Source: Candidatus Daviesbacteria bacterium GW2011_GWA1_41_61 (GTDB taxonomy: Bacteria; Patescibacteriota; Microgenomatia; Daviesbacterales; UBA10151). From it: a stretch of 64,000 nt of DNA. The notes below the pieces were generated by a model that made no database searches, was not told the origin of the DNA, and saw nothing but the letters and a program-made list of their open reading frames with translations. The stretch lies in contig LCBT01000001.1 in the NCBI GenBank assembly GCA_000997385.1, forward strand, positions 49,707 through 113,706, given 5' to 3'. Positions 8,120 to 16,716 of this stretch are shown piece after piece. Position 1 is the stretch's first letter. Every line of letters starts with the position of its first letter. The translations under genes were made by a program, and so were the position numbers.

Positions 8120-8332
8120 AGAAAACCCGCAACTACCAGTGGTTTTATAAGAAAGAATCAGGTTACTTTCGAAAAAGAAAATTTTTCAGGGCTAAATTAG
8201 GCTCCAATTCATACAAAAAATCTGGTAAAATAAGCGGAGCTTGATACTCGCTGGTGCTCGTATTAGGCGAGGAGCTAAATTCTTGAATGAATCCTGGCAG
8301 TCTGGCTAAGATCACGTCAGGAGCTCCAAATC

Positions 8333-9448
8333 TCACTTTAAATACTTGTCAAAAAATTCTACAGATCTTTGCATAGCTGTATTAAAATCAGCTCCAGATA
8401 AATTATGATCTCCTCCTGGATAGGTGTAATACTCATAAGTTTTACCTTGTTTTTCTAACTCCTGACTTAAACTTTGAGAAAATTCCCAGGGAACCTCATC
8501 ATCGGCTAAGCCATGATGAATCTGAACCGGACCGGAAATATCTGAAAGGTAGTTTAATGGAGAAATTGAATCCCAAAATTGAGGATTCTGTTCTGGCAAC
8601 CCATATGTATCTATAAACCTTTGTCTGTTAGGCCTCATCACACTCTCCTCTCTTTGTGAAGGTCTCCAGGAGGTAGAATGCCTCCAATTATTCATCATAT
8701 CCTGGTAAGACCCTACTACTCCTCCCCAAATAACAGCTGCCTTAATATCAGAAGAAACTACTAAACTTCTTAAAGTAATATTGCCTCCTAAAGAATGTCC
8801 CCACATACCTATCTTTAGGGGATTTACTCCTGGGTATCTTTTTATAGAAGATAGGGCATTTAAAACATCAGTGGTATAAGCTGGAGAATAATATGCTCCC
8901 TCCGGTTCTCCTTGAGAGTTACCATTTCCCCGATAATCAGGTTTAAAAACAAGATAGCCATTTCTGGCAAAACCATCGACATAAGCGACATACCTTTCTG
9001 TTGTCCTATATTGCTCAGGTGGAATATAACCGTGGTTGAAGATAATTACCGGCCAGCCATTTTCCGGTTTTTGACCGCTTGGAACCGTCAACAATCCATA
9101 AATAATTAAGCCCTCAGATAGATAAGAAGCAATATAACGCTGGTAATTACTACCCGGATCCAGTTGCTCTTCAATCTTTAAATTACTGCCGGGATACTCT
9201 TTCTCCTTCATCTGCTCAATCATCAAAGGATGAACCTGCTTTTGATCTTCATTAGTTGGGGTATTTATAAAAGGTGTTCTCTCCGGTTTATTTAATAAAG
9301 TACTATTTTTAAAGATAGTTAAAGCTATAATTATTAAAATGAGTACAAAAATACCACTAAAGATAAAATTTTTACTCACTATTTTTAACAACTTTATAAA
9401 CCACCCCTGCTTTATCATCAGAGATATAAAGACTCCCTTCCTTATCAA
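8333..9448 (-). CDS. Alpha/beta-hydrolase, prolyl-oligopeptidase (S9)/dienelactone-hydrolase-like, N-terminally membrane anchored
   Basis: Nucleophile elbow GHSLGG (G-x-S-x-G), a downstream D and an HHGLADDEVP His motif. N-terminal TM helix. The start is uncertain: the longest ORF overlaps the upstream gene by 77 nt. Confidence 0.6.
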   Translation of the reverse strand: MIRKGVFISLMIKQGWFIKLLKIVSKNFIFSGIFVLILIIIALTIFKNSTLLNKPERTPFINTPTNEDQKQVHPLMIEQMKEKEYPGSNLKIEEQLDPGSNYQRYIASYLSEGLIIYGLLTVPSGQKPENGWPVIIFNHGYIPPEQYRTTERYVAYVDGFARNGYLVFKPDYRGNGNSQGEPEGAYYSPAYTTDVLNALSSIKRYPGVNPLKIGMWGHSLGGNITLRSLVVSSDIKAAVIWGGVVGSYQDMMNNWRHSTSWRPSQREESVMRPNRQRFIDTYGLPEQNPQFWDSISPLNYLSDISGPVQIHHGLADDEVPWEFSQSLSQELEKQGKTYEYYTYPGGDHNLSGADFNTAMQRSVEFFDKYLK

Positions 9449-10559
9449 ATTCTAAATCAACCGGCCTGCCCAAAGTTTGACTTCCTTGCAAAAATCCGCT
9501 GAGAAAATTTTCTTCCGAGATAATTTTATCACCTTCCGCCTCCATCCTGACTACTTTATAACCTACAGGGATAGAGCTATTCCAGGAACCATGGTAAGCT
9601 ACCAGCAGATCTCCCTGCCAATCAGCAGGAAACTGGGGAGAATTAATAAATACCAGGCCCAAGGGAGCAGAGTGAGCGCCTATTTCATAAACAGGAGGCT
9701 CAGTTGTTCCACAAGGAGGTTGAGGAATAATCTGAATATAAACCCTTTTATCAAAACCTGTATCATGGACTCTGTTGCCATAGCATAAAGGCCAGCCATA
9801 ATCCTGGCCCTCCTTGATAATATTAATCTCATCAGGAGGCTTATTATCCCCTAAAAAATCCCTTCCCATCTCTGTCCCCCAAAGCTTCCCTGTTTGAGGA
9901 TGAACTTTGATAAAAACAGCATTCCTCAGCCCCGTGGCAAAAACTTTTGGAGTATTCCCCTCCATATCAGAGATTAACACTGCTGCCAGCCTTTCATCAC
10001 TTTCAAAACAAACATTACAGGTTGAACCTATGGAAACAAATAATCTTCCTTGACTGTCAAAATCCAAACTTCTGGTATAATGCCCGTCTCCTGAAGGTAA
10101 GGAAAAAAGAACTTTATCTAAGCTGGCCTCTAGACGCTCCTCATCCCAGCTAAAACGGCTGACTTGAGTTTCTTCAGCCACAAACAGCTGATTGTTAAAA
10201 AAAGCCAACCCATGGGGCTTATCAAGACCTGATAAGACTTCTTTTGTCTCATCCGCCTGACCGTTTTGATCATTGTCAGGCAAAGCTACCACCCTCCCCC
10301 GATCATTAATTGATAAAAGCATGGTACCTCCAGGAGAAAGTTGTAAATCCCTGGCTTTAGCTAAATTTTTGGCAAAAAGACCAATTTTAAACCCTGAGGT
10401 TAAATTTAAAGAAAAATTTATAGCTTCTCCTGCCCTTTTTGATTCCACTTTAGGAGGCAGCACTGCTGGACCAACATTGCCTACTTTTTGAAAAAATCCC
10501 CAACTTATAAACAATCCAGCTGAAATGACCAGTAAAACAATTAATAAAAAATTTCTCAT
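9372..10559 (-). CDS. PQQ-dependent sugar dehydrogenase-like beta-propeller protein (soluble glucose/sorbosone dehydrogenase family), secreted
   Basis: Signal/TM peptide, then repeats with QDYGWPLCYG and DGSLYISDDKAGVVYKV motifs typical of YliI/SGL-type propellers. Confidence 0.55.
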   Translation of the reverse strand: MRNFLLIVLLVISAGLFISWGFFQKVGNVGPAVLPPKVESKRAGEAINFSLNLTSGFKIGLFAKNLAKARDLQLSPGGTMLLSINDRGRVVALPDNDQNGQADETKEVLSGLDKPHGLAFFNNQLFVAEETQVSRFSWDEERLEASLDKVLFSLPSGDGHYTRSLDFDSQGRLFVSIGSTCNVCFESDERLAAVLISDMEGNTPKVFATGLRNAVFIKVHPQTGKLWGTEMGRDFLGDNKPPDEINIIKEGQDYGWPLCYGNRVHDTGFDKRVYIQIIPQPPCGTTEPPVYEIGAHSAPLGLVFINSPQFPADWQGDLLVAYHGSWNSSIPVGYKVVRMEAEGDKIISEENFLSGFLQGSQTLGRPVDLEFDKEGSLYISDDKAGVVYKVVKNSE

Positions 10560-10643
10560 TTATCTTATTTTAACCTACTGGATCAAGAAAACTTTAAAGA
10601 TAGGTAAGGACCTGGTAAGTTAAGAGTGGTAAAATACACCTGT

Positions 10644-10716
10644 GCCAGTGTAGCTTAGAGGAAAAGCGCGACTTTCGTAAAGTCGAAACCGTGGGTTCGA
10701 GTCCCACCACTGGCTC
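10644..10716 (+). tRNA. tRNA-Thr (anticodon CGT)
   Basis: Acceptor GCCAGTG/CACTGGC, anticodon stem CGACT/AGTCG with loop TTCGTAA, T-arm GTGGG-TTCGAGT-CCCAC. Confidence 0.8.
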
Positions 10717-10767
10717 AGATTTTAGGGACTTGAGTAAATAAAAATTTGTTTTAATATTAATTAAGAT

Positions 10768-11499
10768 ATGAAAAGGCAGTCACCCCATTATCGATCATTT
10801 TCATCCCGCCGAGCCAACAAGGGAGGTAAAAGTAAATTAGTTTTTACCCTGATTATTATTGCTATAGTAGCTTATTTTTCCCTAACTTGGTTGATTCCTA
10901 ATCTGATTGGGGGACTCTCCTTTATCAACCGCTCTAACACCCCTCAACAAGCTAGTAAGAAGGAGGCTTTTATCTCCCCTCCTGTTTTAAATATTCCTTT
11001 TGAAGCTACCAATTCTGCCGCCATCAAGATTAAGGGTTACTCTATCCCGGAGGCAATTATTGAGATTTATATTGATGATGAGGTTCAATCAACCATTAAA
11101 GCTGCCTCTGATGGCAACTTTATCTCGGAAGAGGTAGAGTTGAATTTTGGCACTAATAATATTTATGGCAAAACAGTAGATCAGGAAGGTAATAAAAGTT
11201 TACCTTCTAAAACCATTCAGATTATTTATAGTAATGAAAAACCACTGCTGGAGATTACTCAGCCGGAAGATAACAAAATTATGACCGGCGGAGATAAAAA
11301 GGTCACTGTTTCTGGAACTACCAATACCGATAAAGATGTGACCATTGTTATTAATGACACCAGGGTAATTGTGGATTCAGCCGGAAAATTTTCTAAAGTT
11401 ATTAACCTTAATGAAGGGGACAATCAGATAGTCATCGTGGCTACTGACACTTCAGGAAATTCCACTCAACTGACCAGGCAAGTCACCTACCAGCCCTAA
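10768..11499 (+). CDS. Membrane-anchored extracytoplasmic protein with Ig-like (Big-type) beta-sandwich repeats
   Basis: Basic N-terminus plus a TM helix, then Thr/Asn/Asp-rich beta-strand repeats (KVTVSGTTNTDKDVTIVINDTRV...NQIVIVATDTSGNST). Confidence 0.45.
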   Translation: MKRQSPHYRSFSSRRANKGGKSKLVFTLIIIAIVAYFSLTWLIPNLIGGLSFINRSNTPQQASKKEAFISPPVLNIPFEATNSAAIKIKGYSIPEAIIEIYIDDEVQSTIKAASDGNFISEEVELNFGTNNIYGKTVDQEGNKSLPSKTIQIIYSNEKPLLEITQPEDNKIMTGGDKKVTVSGTTNTDKDVTIVINDTRVIVDSAGKFSKVINLNEGDNQIVIVATDTSGNSTQLTRQVTYQP

Positions 11500-11724
11500 A
11501 GTGGGCTGTAGGGGACCAAAACTGAACCACCTCTGCCAAGACATGATACAACAATTCATGGCTTTAGAAAAGTTGGGAATATTTGACGCTGAGAGTGGTA
11601 GTCCTACTGCTTTTTCTTATGCCTAGTTAACAATTCAAAAAGTAAAATTAATCGTGAACCCTGGTCTCTGGCTTCTTCATCAGTGAAATCAATATCATAG
11701 ACTTTGATGGTAGAATCTAAATAA

Positions 11725-12087
11725 ATGAGCCAAGTGATAATTGGTAAAGTATCAAGGCAACAAAAAGATCTCAAAGGCTGGTTAGTGGGCCAGTTCTTGC
11801 CTGAAGACACTCCTTTCAAAGATAATAATGTAGAAATTTATTACAAAACTTTTCCAGCTGGAGATAAAAGCGATAAATTACATAAGCATCCCCAAGGTAA
11901 GGAATATTTAATAGTCATCTCTGGCAAAGCTACGATGAGAATTGGGAACAAGATAGTAGAGCTTCAAGCAGGAGATTATGTGGCAATTCCCAATAATACT
12001 CCTTATTGTTTAGTGGAAGTCATCGAGGATCTCTCAATAATTGGAATTCGTTATCCCAGCATACCTAATAATAAGATACTTCCCTAA
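11725..12087 (+). CDS. Cupin-domain protein (120 aa)
   Basis: Cupin beta-barrel motifs HKHPQGKEYLIVISGKATMRIGNKIVELQAGDYVAIPNNTPY. Confidence 0.5.
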   Translation: MSQVIIGKVSRQQKDLKGWLVGQFLPEDTPFKDNNVEIYYKTFPAGDKSDKLHKHPQGKEYLIVISGKATMRIGNKIVELQAGDYVAIPNNTPYCLVEVIEDLSIIGIRYPSIPNNKILP

Positions 12088-12143
12088 ATATATTCGCTTG
12101 AGGCAAAATATTTTAAGTTAGGAGTAATGTTACAATTTAACCC

Positions 12144-12782
12144 ATGGGTAAACTAGAAAAAATAACCGTTGTTTTATTAAGCTGGAAACGACTTAAAAAT
12201 ATTCCAATAATACTAGATAGCCTTTACCGATCAAAAGATGTGGATGAAATTATTTTATGGAACAATAATACAACTGTCCAATTTTCTTATAAAAATAAGA
12301 AATTATTACTATTTAATTCTCCTAGTAATTTTGGGACCTCAGCAAGATGGTGTGTAGCTTTACTGGCTAAAAATCCCAATATATTGTTTATAGATGATGA
12401 TTTAGTCCTTACACCCTCACAAATCAATATACTACTAAAAAAATATTTATCAGATAATAAAAGAATATATGGTTGTTTTGGAAAAAATTTAGAGGATAAC
12501 AAATATGTTTTTAAGACAGCAAATGGTGAAGTAGACATCGTATTGGGTCGCGTAATGCTATTCAATAAACGATACTTATATCAGTTTTTCCAATGGTCTC
12601 AAGGAAAAGTTGGTAATGTGGAGGATGATATTTTGTTTTCTTTAATATTTAGAAAAAAGCATTATGTTGTGGATGTTGGGGAAATTAAGGAGCTACCAAG
12701 TCCCTATGCTTTATGGAGAAAAAAAGGTCATGGTCGTTTGCGCCAAGAAATGGTAGATTATTGTCTAAAATATATTACTTAA
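12144..12782 (+). CDS. Putative GT-A fold glycosyltransferase (212 aa)
   Basis: N-terminal ITVVLLSWKR segment (analogous to the GT2 xIIPTYN beta-strand) and an acidic FIDDDLVL DxD-like motif. The family assignment is tentative. Confidence 0.4.
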   Translation: MGKLEKITVVLLSWKRLKNIPIILDSLYRSKDVDEIILWNNNTTVQFSYKNKKLLLFNSPSNFGTSARWCVALLAKNPNILFIDDDLVLTPSQINILLKKYLSDNKRIYGCFGKNLEDNKYVFKTANGEVDIVLGRVMLFNKRYLYQFFQWSQGKVGNVEDDILFSLIFRKKHYVVDVGEIKELPSPYALWRKKGHGRLRQEMVDYCLKYIT

Positions 12783-12794
12783 GCCAAAATCCAT

Positions 12795-13376
12795 ATGACT
12801 ATTATCAGGAAATTAATAGCAATCGTTATAAATTTAGCTGTTGTAATATTTGTTTTGATAATTTTTTCCCTTTATAAATTAGTCTCATTTTTTTATACAG
12901 ATAAAAACAAGTGTTTTGAATATTTTTCTCAAACTTTAAGCATCATTCCATTTGATTTTGGTGTTCATACCCGAAGGTATTTTTATAGAAGAGCATTAAA
13001 GCATTGCGGCAAAAAATTTACTACAATGTTTGGAGTTGTATTAACGAAGCAGGAAAGCATTGTTGGCGATAATGTCTATATAAATAAATTCACTATTTTA
13101 GGAGACGTGAAGATTGGGAATAATACTATAATTTCTCAACACTGCTCTTTGTTGAGTGGGGGTAAACAGCATGTTAACCAGAGAACTTCTGAATATATAA
13201 AATTAACAATAGGAAATGATGTCTGGATAGGTGCAAATTCAGTAATCATGGCAAACATAGGAGACAATGCTATTATTGGAGCTGGATCAGTTGTAACAAA
13301 AAAAGTTGACCACCATGTAACAATAGCGGGAAATCCTGCCACAATAATAAAACATGAAGGTATTATTAGCAGTTGA
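12795..13376 (+). CDS. Hexapeptide-repeat (LbH) sugar O-acetyltransferase with an N-terminal TM segment
   Basis: Left-handed beta-helix repeats IGNDVWIGANSVIMANIGDNAIIGAGSVVTKKV of the maltose/galactoside acetyltransferase-like family. Hydrophobic N-terminus LIAIVINLAVVIFVLIIFSLY. Confidence 0.65.
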   Translation: MTIIRKLIAIVINLAVVIFVLIIFSLYKLVSFFYTDKNKCFEYFSQTLSIIPFDFGVHTRRYFYRRALKHCGKKFTTMFGVVLTKQESIVGDNVYINKFTILGDVKIGNNTIISQHCSLLSGGKQHVNQRTSEYIKLTIGNDVWIGANSVIMANIGDNAIIGAGSVVTKKVDHHVTIAGNPATIIKHEGIISS

Positions 13377-14460
13377 TGAATATCCTCCGTACATTTGGGG
13401 AGGAATGGGTAAATCCGTCCGTTTACTAGCGGAATCGCTCTTCTCTCTTAAGGTTGAAATAATTGTACTTACTGTTAACAGGCAGAGTGATAGTGTTATC
13501 CAAGACAGATACCATAATATAAATGTTTTTCGGGTACCTACAAAAAAAGAGAAAGTATTTTTAAAAACATTCTTAGCTAGGGAAAACCCCGATATAATTC
13601 ATATAAATGGTCGACATTATGGCAAACTTGCAAAGTTCTTTCATCAAAATAATATTAGGATTATTTATACCTCACGCTCAAATTTCTTGGAAGAAGTAAG
13701 AACAGGTTCTCTTAGATTTAATAAAAGAAAGCTGCAATATCAAGAGTTACTTCTGCGGTTAGCCAATTATGTTGTTACCACTAGCAAAAACGAAAGCGAA
13801 AGTTTGATGAGTGATTATCCTTGGATACAGAACAAACTTGTTATTATTCCTAATGGTATTGACCTCAAAGAGGATAAGCCTCTAGAGTTGGATGACAAAT
13901 TAAAGTTCTTGAGATCAAAAATGGTATTTTTTGCTGGTAGATTTGTTAAACAGAAAGGAATTGATACATTATTATCTTTAATCCCCCAAATTTTTAAAGA
14001 AAATGAAGAAGTTTCTATTGTTGTCGCTGGAGGACACGGAAAGATAAGCTATGAAAATGAACTATTAAAATTAGTTAATGAATACCCAAAATTAAAGTAT
14101 AAAGGTTGGCTAAATGAAAAGCAGCTTCAAAAATACTACAAACAGGCTAGTATTGTTCTTATGCTCAGCAGTTATGAGCCATTTGGGCTTGTCATTACCG
14201 AAGCTATGGTTAAAGGTTGTGTGGTAATTGCGCATCCTGCTAGTGGCCCTAGAGAAATAATAAGATCTGGATTAAATGGTTTTTTAGTTAATAGGACTGA
14301 ACGACCTCAAATTTTGCATCTAATTCATGATATTCTGGAAAATCAACTTCAAACAAATAAAATTAGAACACAAGCATGGAAAACTATTATGAATCAATAT
14401 ACAATTGATAAAATGGTTAAATTATATTTAAAACTGTATAAACAATGCCATGAAAATTAA
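13354..14460 (+). CDS. Glycosyltransferase family 4 (GT-B)
   Basis: GT4 signature EPFGLVITEAM plus a K/R-rich donor-binding region. Confidence 0.8.
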   Translation: MKVLLAVDEYPPYIWGGMGKSVRLLAESLFSLKVEIIVLTVNRQSDSVIQDRYHNINVFRVPTKKEKVFLKTFLARENPDIIHINGRHYGKLAKFFHQNNIRIIYTSRSNFLEEVRTGSLRFNKRKLQYQELLLRLANYVVTTSKNESESLMSDYPWIQNKLVIIPNGIDLKEDKPLELDDKLKFLRSKMVFFAGRFVKQKGIDTLLSLIPQIFKENEEVSIVVAGGHGKISYENELLKLVNEYPKLKYKGWLNEKQLQKYYKQASIVLMLSSYEPFGLVITEAMVKGCVVIAHPASGPREIIRSGLNGFLVNRTERPQILHLIHDILENQLQTNKIRTQAWKTIMNQYTIDKMVKLYLKLYKQCHEN

Positions 14461-14878
14461 AAAAGAATTATCAGCAGGAGGAGTCTTATTTAAAGAAGTA
14501 GATGGGGAATATTATGTAGCGGTAATACACAGATCTAAGCAAAATGACTGGACTCTTCCTAAAGGTCATGTTGAGCCTGGCGAAAGTTTGGAAGATACGG
14601 CATTAAGAGAAGTTGAGGAAGAAACTAATAATAAAGCGGTTGTGTTAAAAAAGATTGGCAGTTTTTCTTATTCTGTAGAAGACAAAGAAAAAGACATTAC
14701 ATATAAAAGGACTGTGCACTGGTTTTTAATGAAATCTAAGGGGGACAACTCTCATAAGCTTAATTTTGAGACTGATCAAGTCAGATGGTTAAAAGTTGAC
14801 GAAGATTTTAGTTTCATGAATTATGCGAACGATAAATCGATTTTAGGTCAGGGGATAAAATTAATCAATAATTTGTGA
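14450..14878 (+). CDS. NUDIX hydrolase (142 aa), possibly a nucleotide-sugar hydrolase given its context
   Basis: Nudix box GHVEPGESLEDTALREVEEETN. It sits between two glycosyltransferase genes. Confidence 0.7.
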   Translation: MKIKKELSAGGVLFKEVDGEYYVAVIHRSKQNDWTLPKGHVEPGESLEDTALREVEEETNNKAVVLKKIGSFSYSVEDKEKDITYKRTVHWFLMKSKGDNSHKLNFETDQVRWLKVDEDFSFMNYANDKSILGQGIKLINNL

Positions 14879-15751
14879 ACTCCGTTCCCAAGAGTAATTA
14901 GTTTTAGGCAGTAGATTAAATATAGTTCGAATAGTAGTATATGCAATACGGTAAATTAAAAAACAGATAAGATTGCCTATTGGAAGGCGTAAAATCTTCC
15001 CATAATCTAATATCCGCTTGTGTTGAATGTTATAGCTTTCATATATCTCCTTTCTAAAATATTTTTTAATTTGGTTTCTACCGTAATTAATTCTGAAAAA
15101 GCGATTGATATAGTCCCTTATTTCATGGACTCCCCTATAATAGACAAAAGCTTTCCTAATTAATTTAGAATTATTCATGAAATAAATTTGCAAAAATTGG
15201 TCATCGTTTATTAAATCATTTGGCAGCATGGGTAAAAACTTAGTTTTTACACAAAAACACATTCCCGTAAAGAAGGGGTCATTTCCGTTATATAAGTTTG
15301 AACAATATTGTATGTTAAAAATTTTCCATAATAATTTATTGAAAGGGTTAAGATGTGTTTCATTTATCAAACTTCTTGAAGGAAAAGTTATGTAGGTATT
15401 TTTACTTTGTATTTGCTCTATTAATAGCGATAGACTCATACTATCAATTAATACATCGTCATCAATAATTATTAATAACTCTGTCTGTGTTTGGAGATGT
15501 ATTTCATTAATTGCTCGCGATTTACCCTTTGCAAAATTTGGGGTATAAATAACTTTTATGTTTGGATTATTTCGGTAGAGCTTTTCGATTTTCCTATTGG
15601 GTTTCCCATTTAAACAAATAAGAATACGTAACTGTTGAATCCCGAGTAAATCTACACTCTTGATAATTGACTGTACAGTTAAGTTCAAAATTTCAAGGGA
15701 ACTATTATATGAAGGAATACCAAAGGTTATATTATTTTTCTTTTTATCCAT
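14861..15751 (-). CDS. Glycosyltransferase family 2 (GT-A)
   Basis: N-terminal ITFGIPSYNS (GT2 xxIPxYN motif) and an IIIDDD DxD motif. Confidence 0.65.
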   Translation of the reverse strand: MDKKKNNITFGIPSYNSSLEILNLTVQSIIKSVDLLGIQQLRILICLNGKPNRKIEKLYRNNPNIKVIYTPNFAKGKSRAINEIHLQTQTELLIIIDDDVLIDSMSLSLLIEQIQSKNTYITFPSRSLINETHLNPFNKLLWKIFNIQYCSNLYNGNDPFFTGMCFCVKTKFLPMLPNDLINDDQFLQIYFMNNSKLIRKAFVYYRGVHEIRDYINRFFRINYGRNQIKKYFRKEIYESYNIQHKRILDYGKILRLPIGNLICFLIYRIAYTTIRTIFNLLPKTNYSWERSSQIID

Positions 15752-16716
15752 TTCTTTATTTCCTCTATGGAACCATTTAATTCATAACCTTCAATATCTT
15801 GTGTGTCGATTAATTTTGCTATTTTCCTAAGTCGTTTGTTAGATAAAGTCTTATTATCAAAGCTAGGAGTAGCAAATTCTAGATTTATAATTGGGTTTAG
15901 ACAACTTCTGATTGTTTGAGTTATGTTGTTATATAGTTGTAGTTTAATATCAAAATTATTCAATTTAACTGTATAAAAAGGAATATTATTTAATTGTATC
16001 AAGCATAAATATTTAAGTTTTGCTTTTTTGGGTCTTCTTGTTTCTGGAAAATAGTATAATTTGTTAGTGGATGAACTTACCATAAACTTACCTTTCTCTG
16101 AAGTTGAAAACATTTCAGATTCGGCTATATTTTTTCTAAGAGATATCGCTTTGTTTCCTCCTAAGAATATACCACCTTCCGAATTTAATAACAGTCTTTC
16201 ATCAGAAAAATAACTTAAGGTATTATCTTTTGTTAATATTGAGGTTAGTGTTGACTTACCTGCCCTCTGTCCTCCTAGTAAGATTAAACCATTTTCAAAA
16301 TTACTAATAGCTGCACCAGAAATTGAATATATATCATTTTGCTCATAAAACATTTCAAGAATGGGTATTAGTAAAAAGATAATCTGGCTGTATTTAATAA
16401 CATCAGGTATATTTGCGTATATTTCTAAAGACCTCTCATCCATCGTGATTTGATTCTCACGACTAGATTTATGAATTATTTTAAAATCTGCTTGAAATGA
16501 GGTTCCAGGCAATATTTCGGCATCTGCAATATGTGCATGTAAGAAAGGGTCTTTTTGAATATAATCATACAAACCCTTAGAATCAGTTTGTAAACTAATT
16601 AAGACATTATGAGTACGAATTGTGCATTTATAGACATTCATATATTTTTTCGAACTTTTTGGCAACTGCTTGCCAAGAATAATTCTCCTCAATAAATTTT
16701 CGTAGGTTATTCCCAA
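15727..16716 (-). CDS. HprK-like P-loop protein (putative kinase), embedded in a glycosyltransferase cluster
   Basis: Segment SISGAAISNFENGLILLGGQRAGKSTLTSILTKDNTLSYFSDERLLL parallels the HPr kinase/phosphorylase C-terminal domain (Gly-rich strand, G-x-S/A-G-x-GKS-T/E Walker A, then the D-D/E-R motif). Confidence 0.45.
   Translation of the reverse strand: MGITYENLLRRIILGKQLPKSSKKYMNVYKCTIRTHNVLISLQTDSKGLYDYIQKDPFLHAHIADAEILPGTSFQADFKIIHKSSRENQITMDERSLEIYANIPDVIKYSQIIFLLIPILEMFYEQNDIYSISGAAISNFENGLILLGGQRAGKSTLTSILTKDNTLSYFSDERLLLNSEGGIFLGGNKAISLRKNIAESEMFSTSEKGKFMVSSSTNKLYYFPETRRPKKAKLKYLCLIQLNNIPFYTVKLNNFDIKLQLYNNITQTIRSCLNPIINLEFATPSFDNKTLSNKRLRKIAKLIDTQDIEGYELNGSIEEIKKWIKRKII

Noticed and set aside
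8333-9448. The 77-nt overlap between the hydrolase and dehydrogenase-like genes as a sign of frameshift or pseudogene
   Set aside because: Both ORFs are full length with intact motifs. The overlap most likely reflects an over-extended start call for the downstream gene.
9477-10491. Plus-strand ORFs 9477-9788, 9947-10153 and 10273-10491
   Set aside because: They run antisense to the PQQ-type dehydrogenase-like gene. Their translations are Arg/Leu-rich antisense artefacts.
11604-11819. 71-aa minus-strand ORF upstream of the cupin gene
   Set aside because: It overlaps the cupin gene start, has no motifs and has poor context. It is probably spurious.
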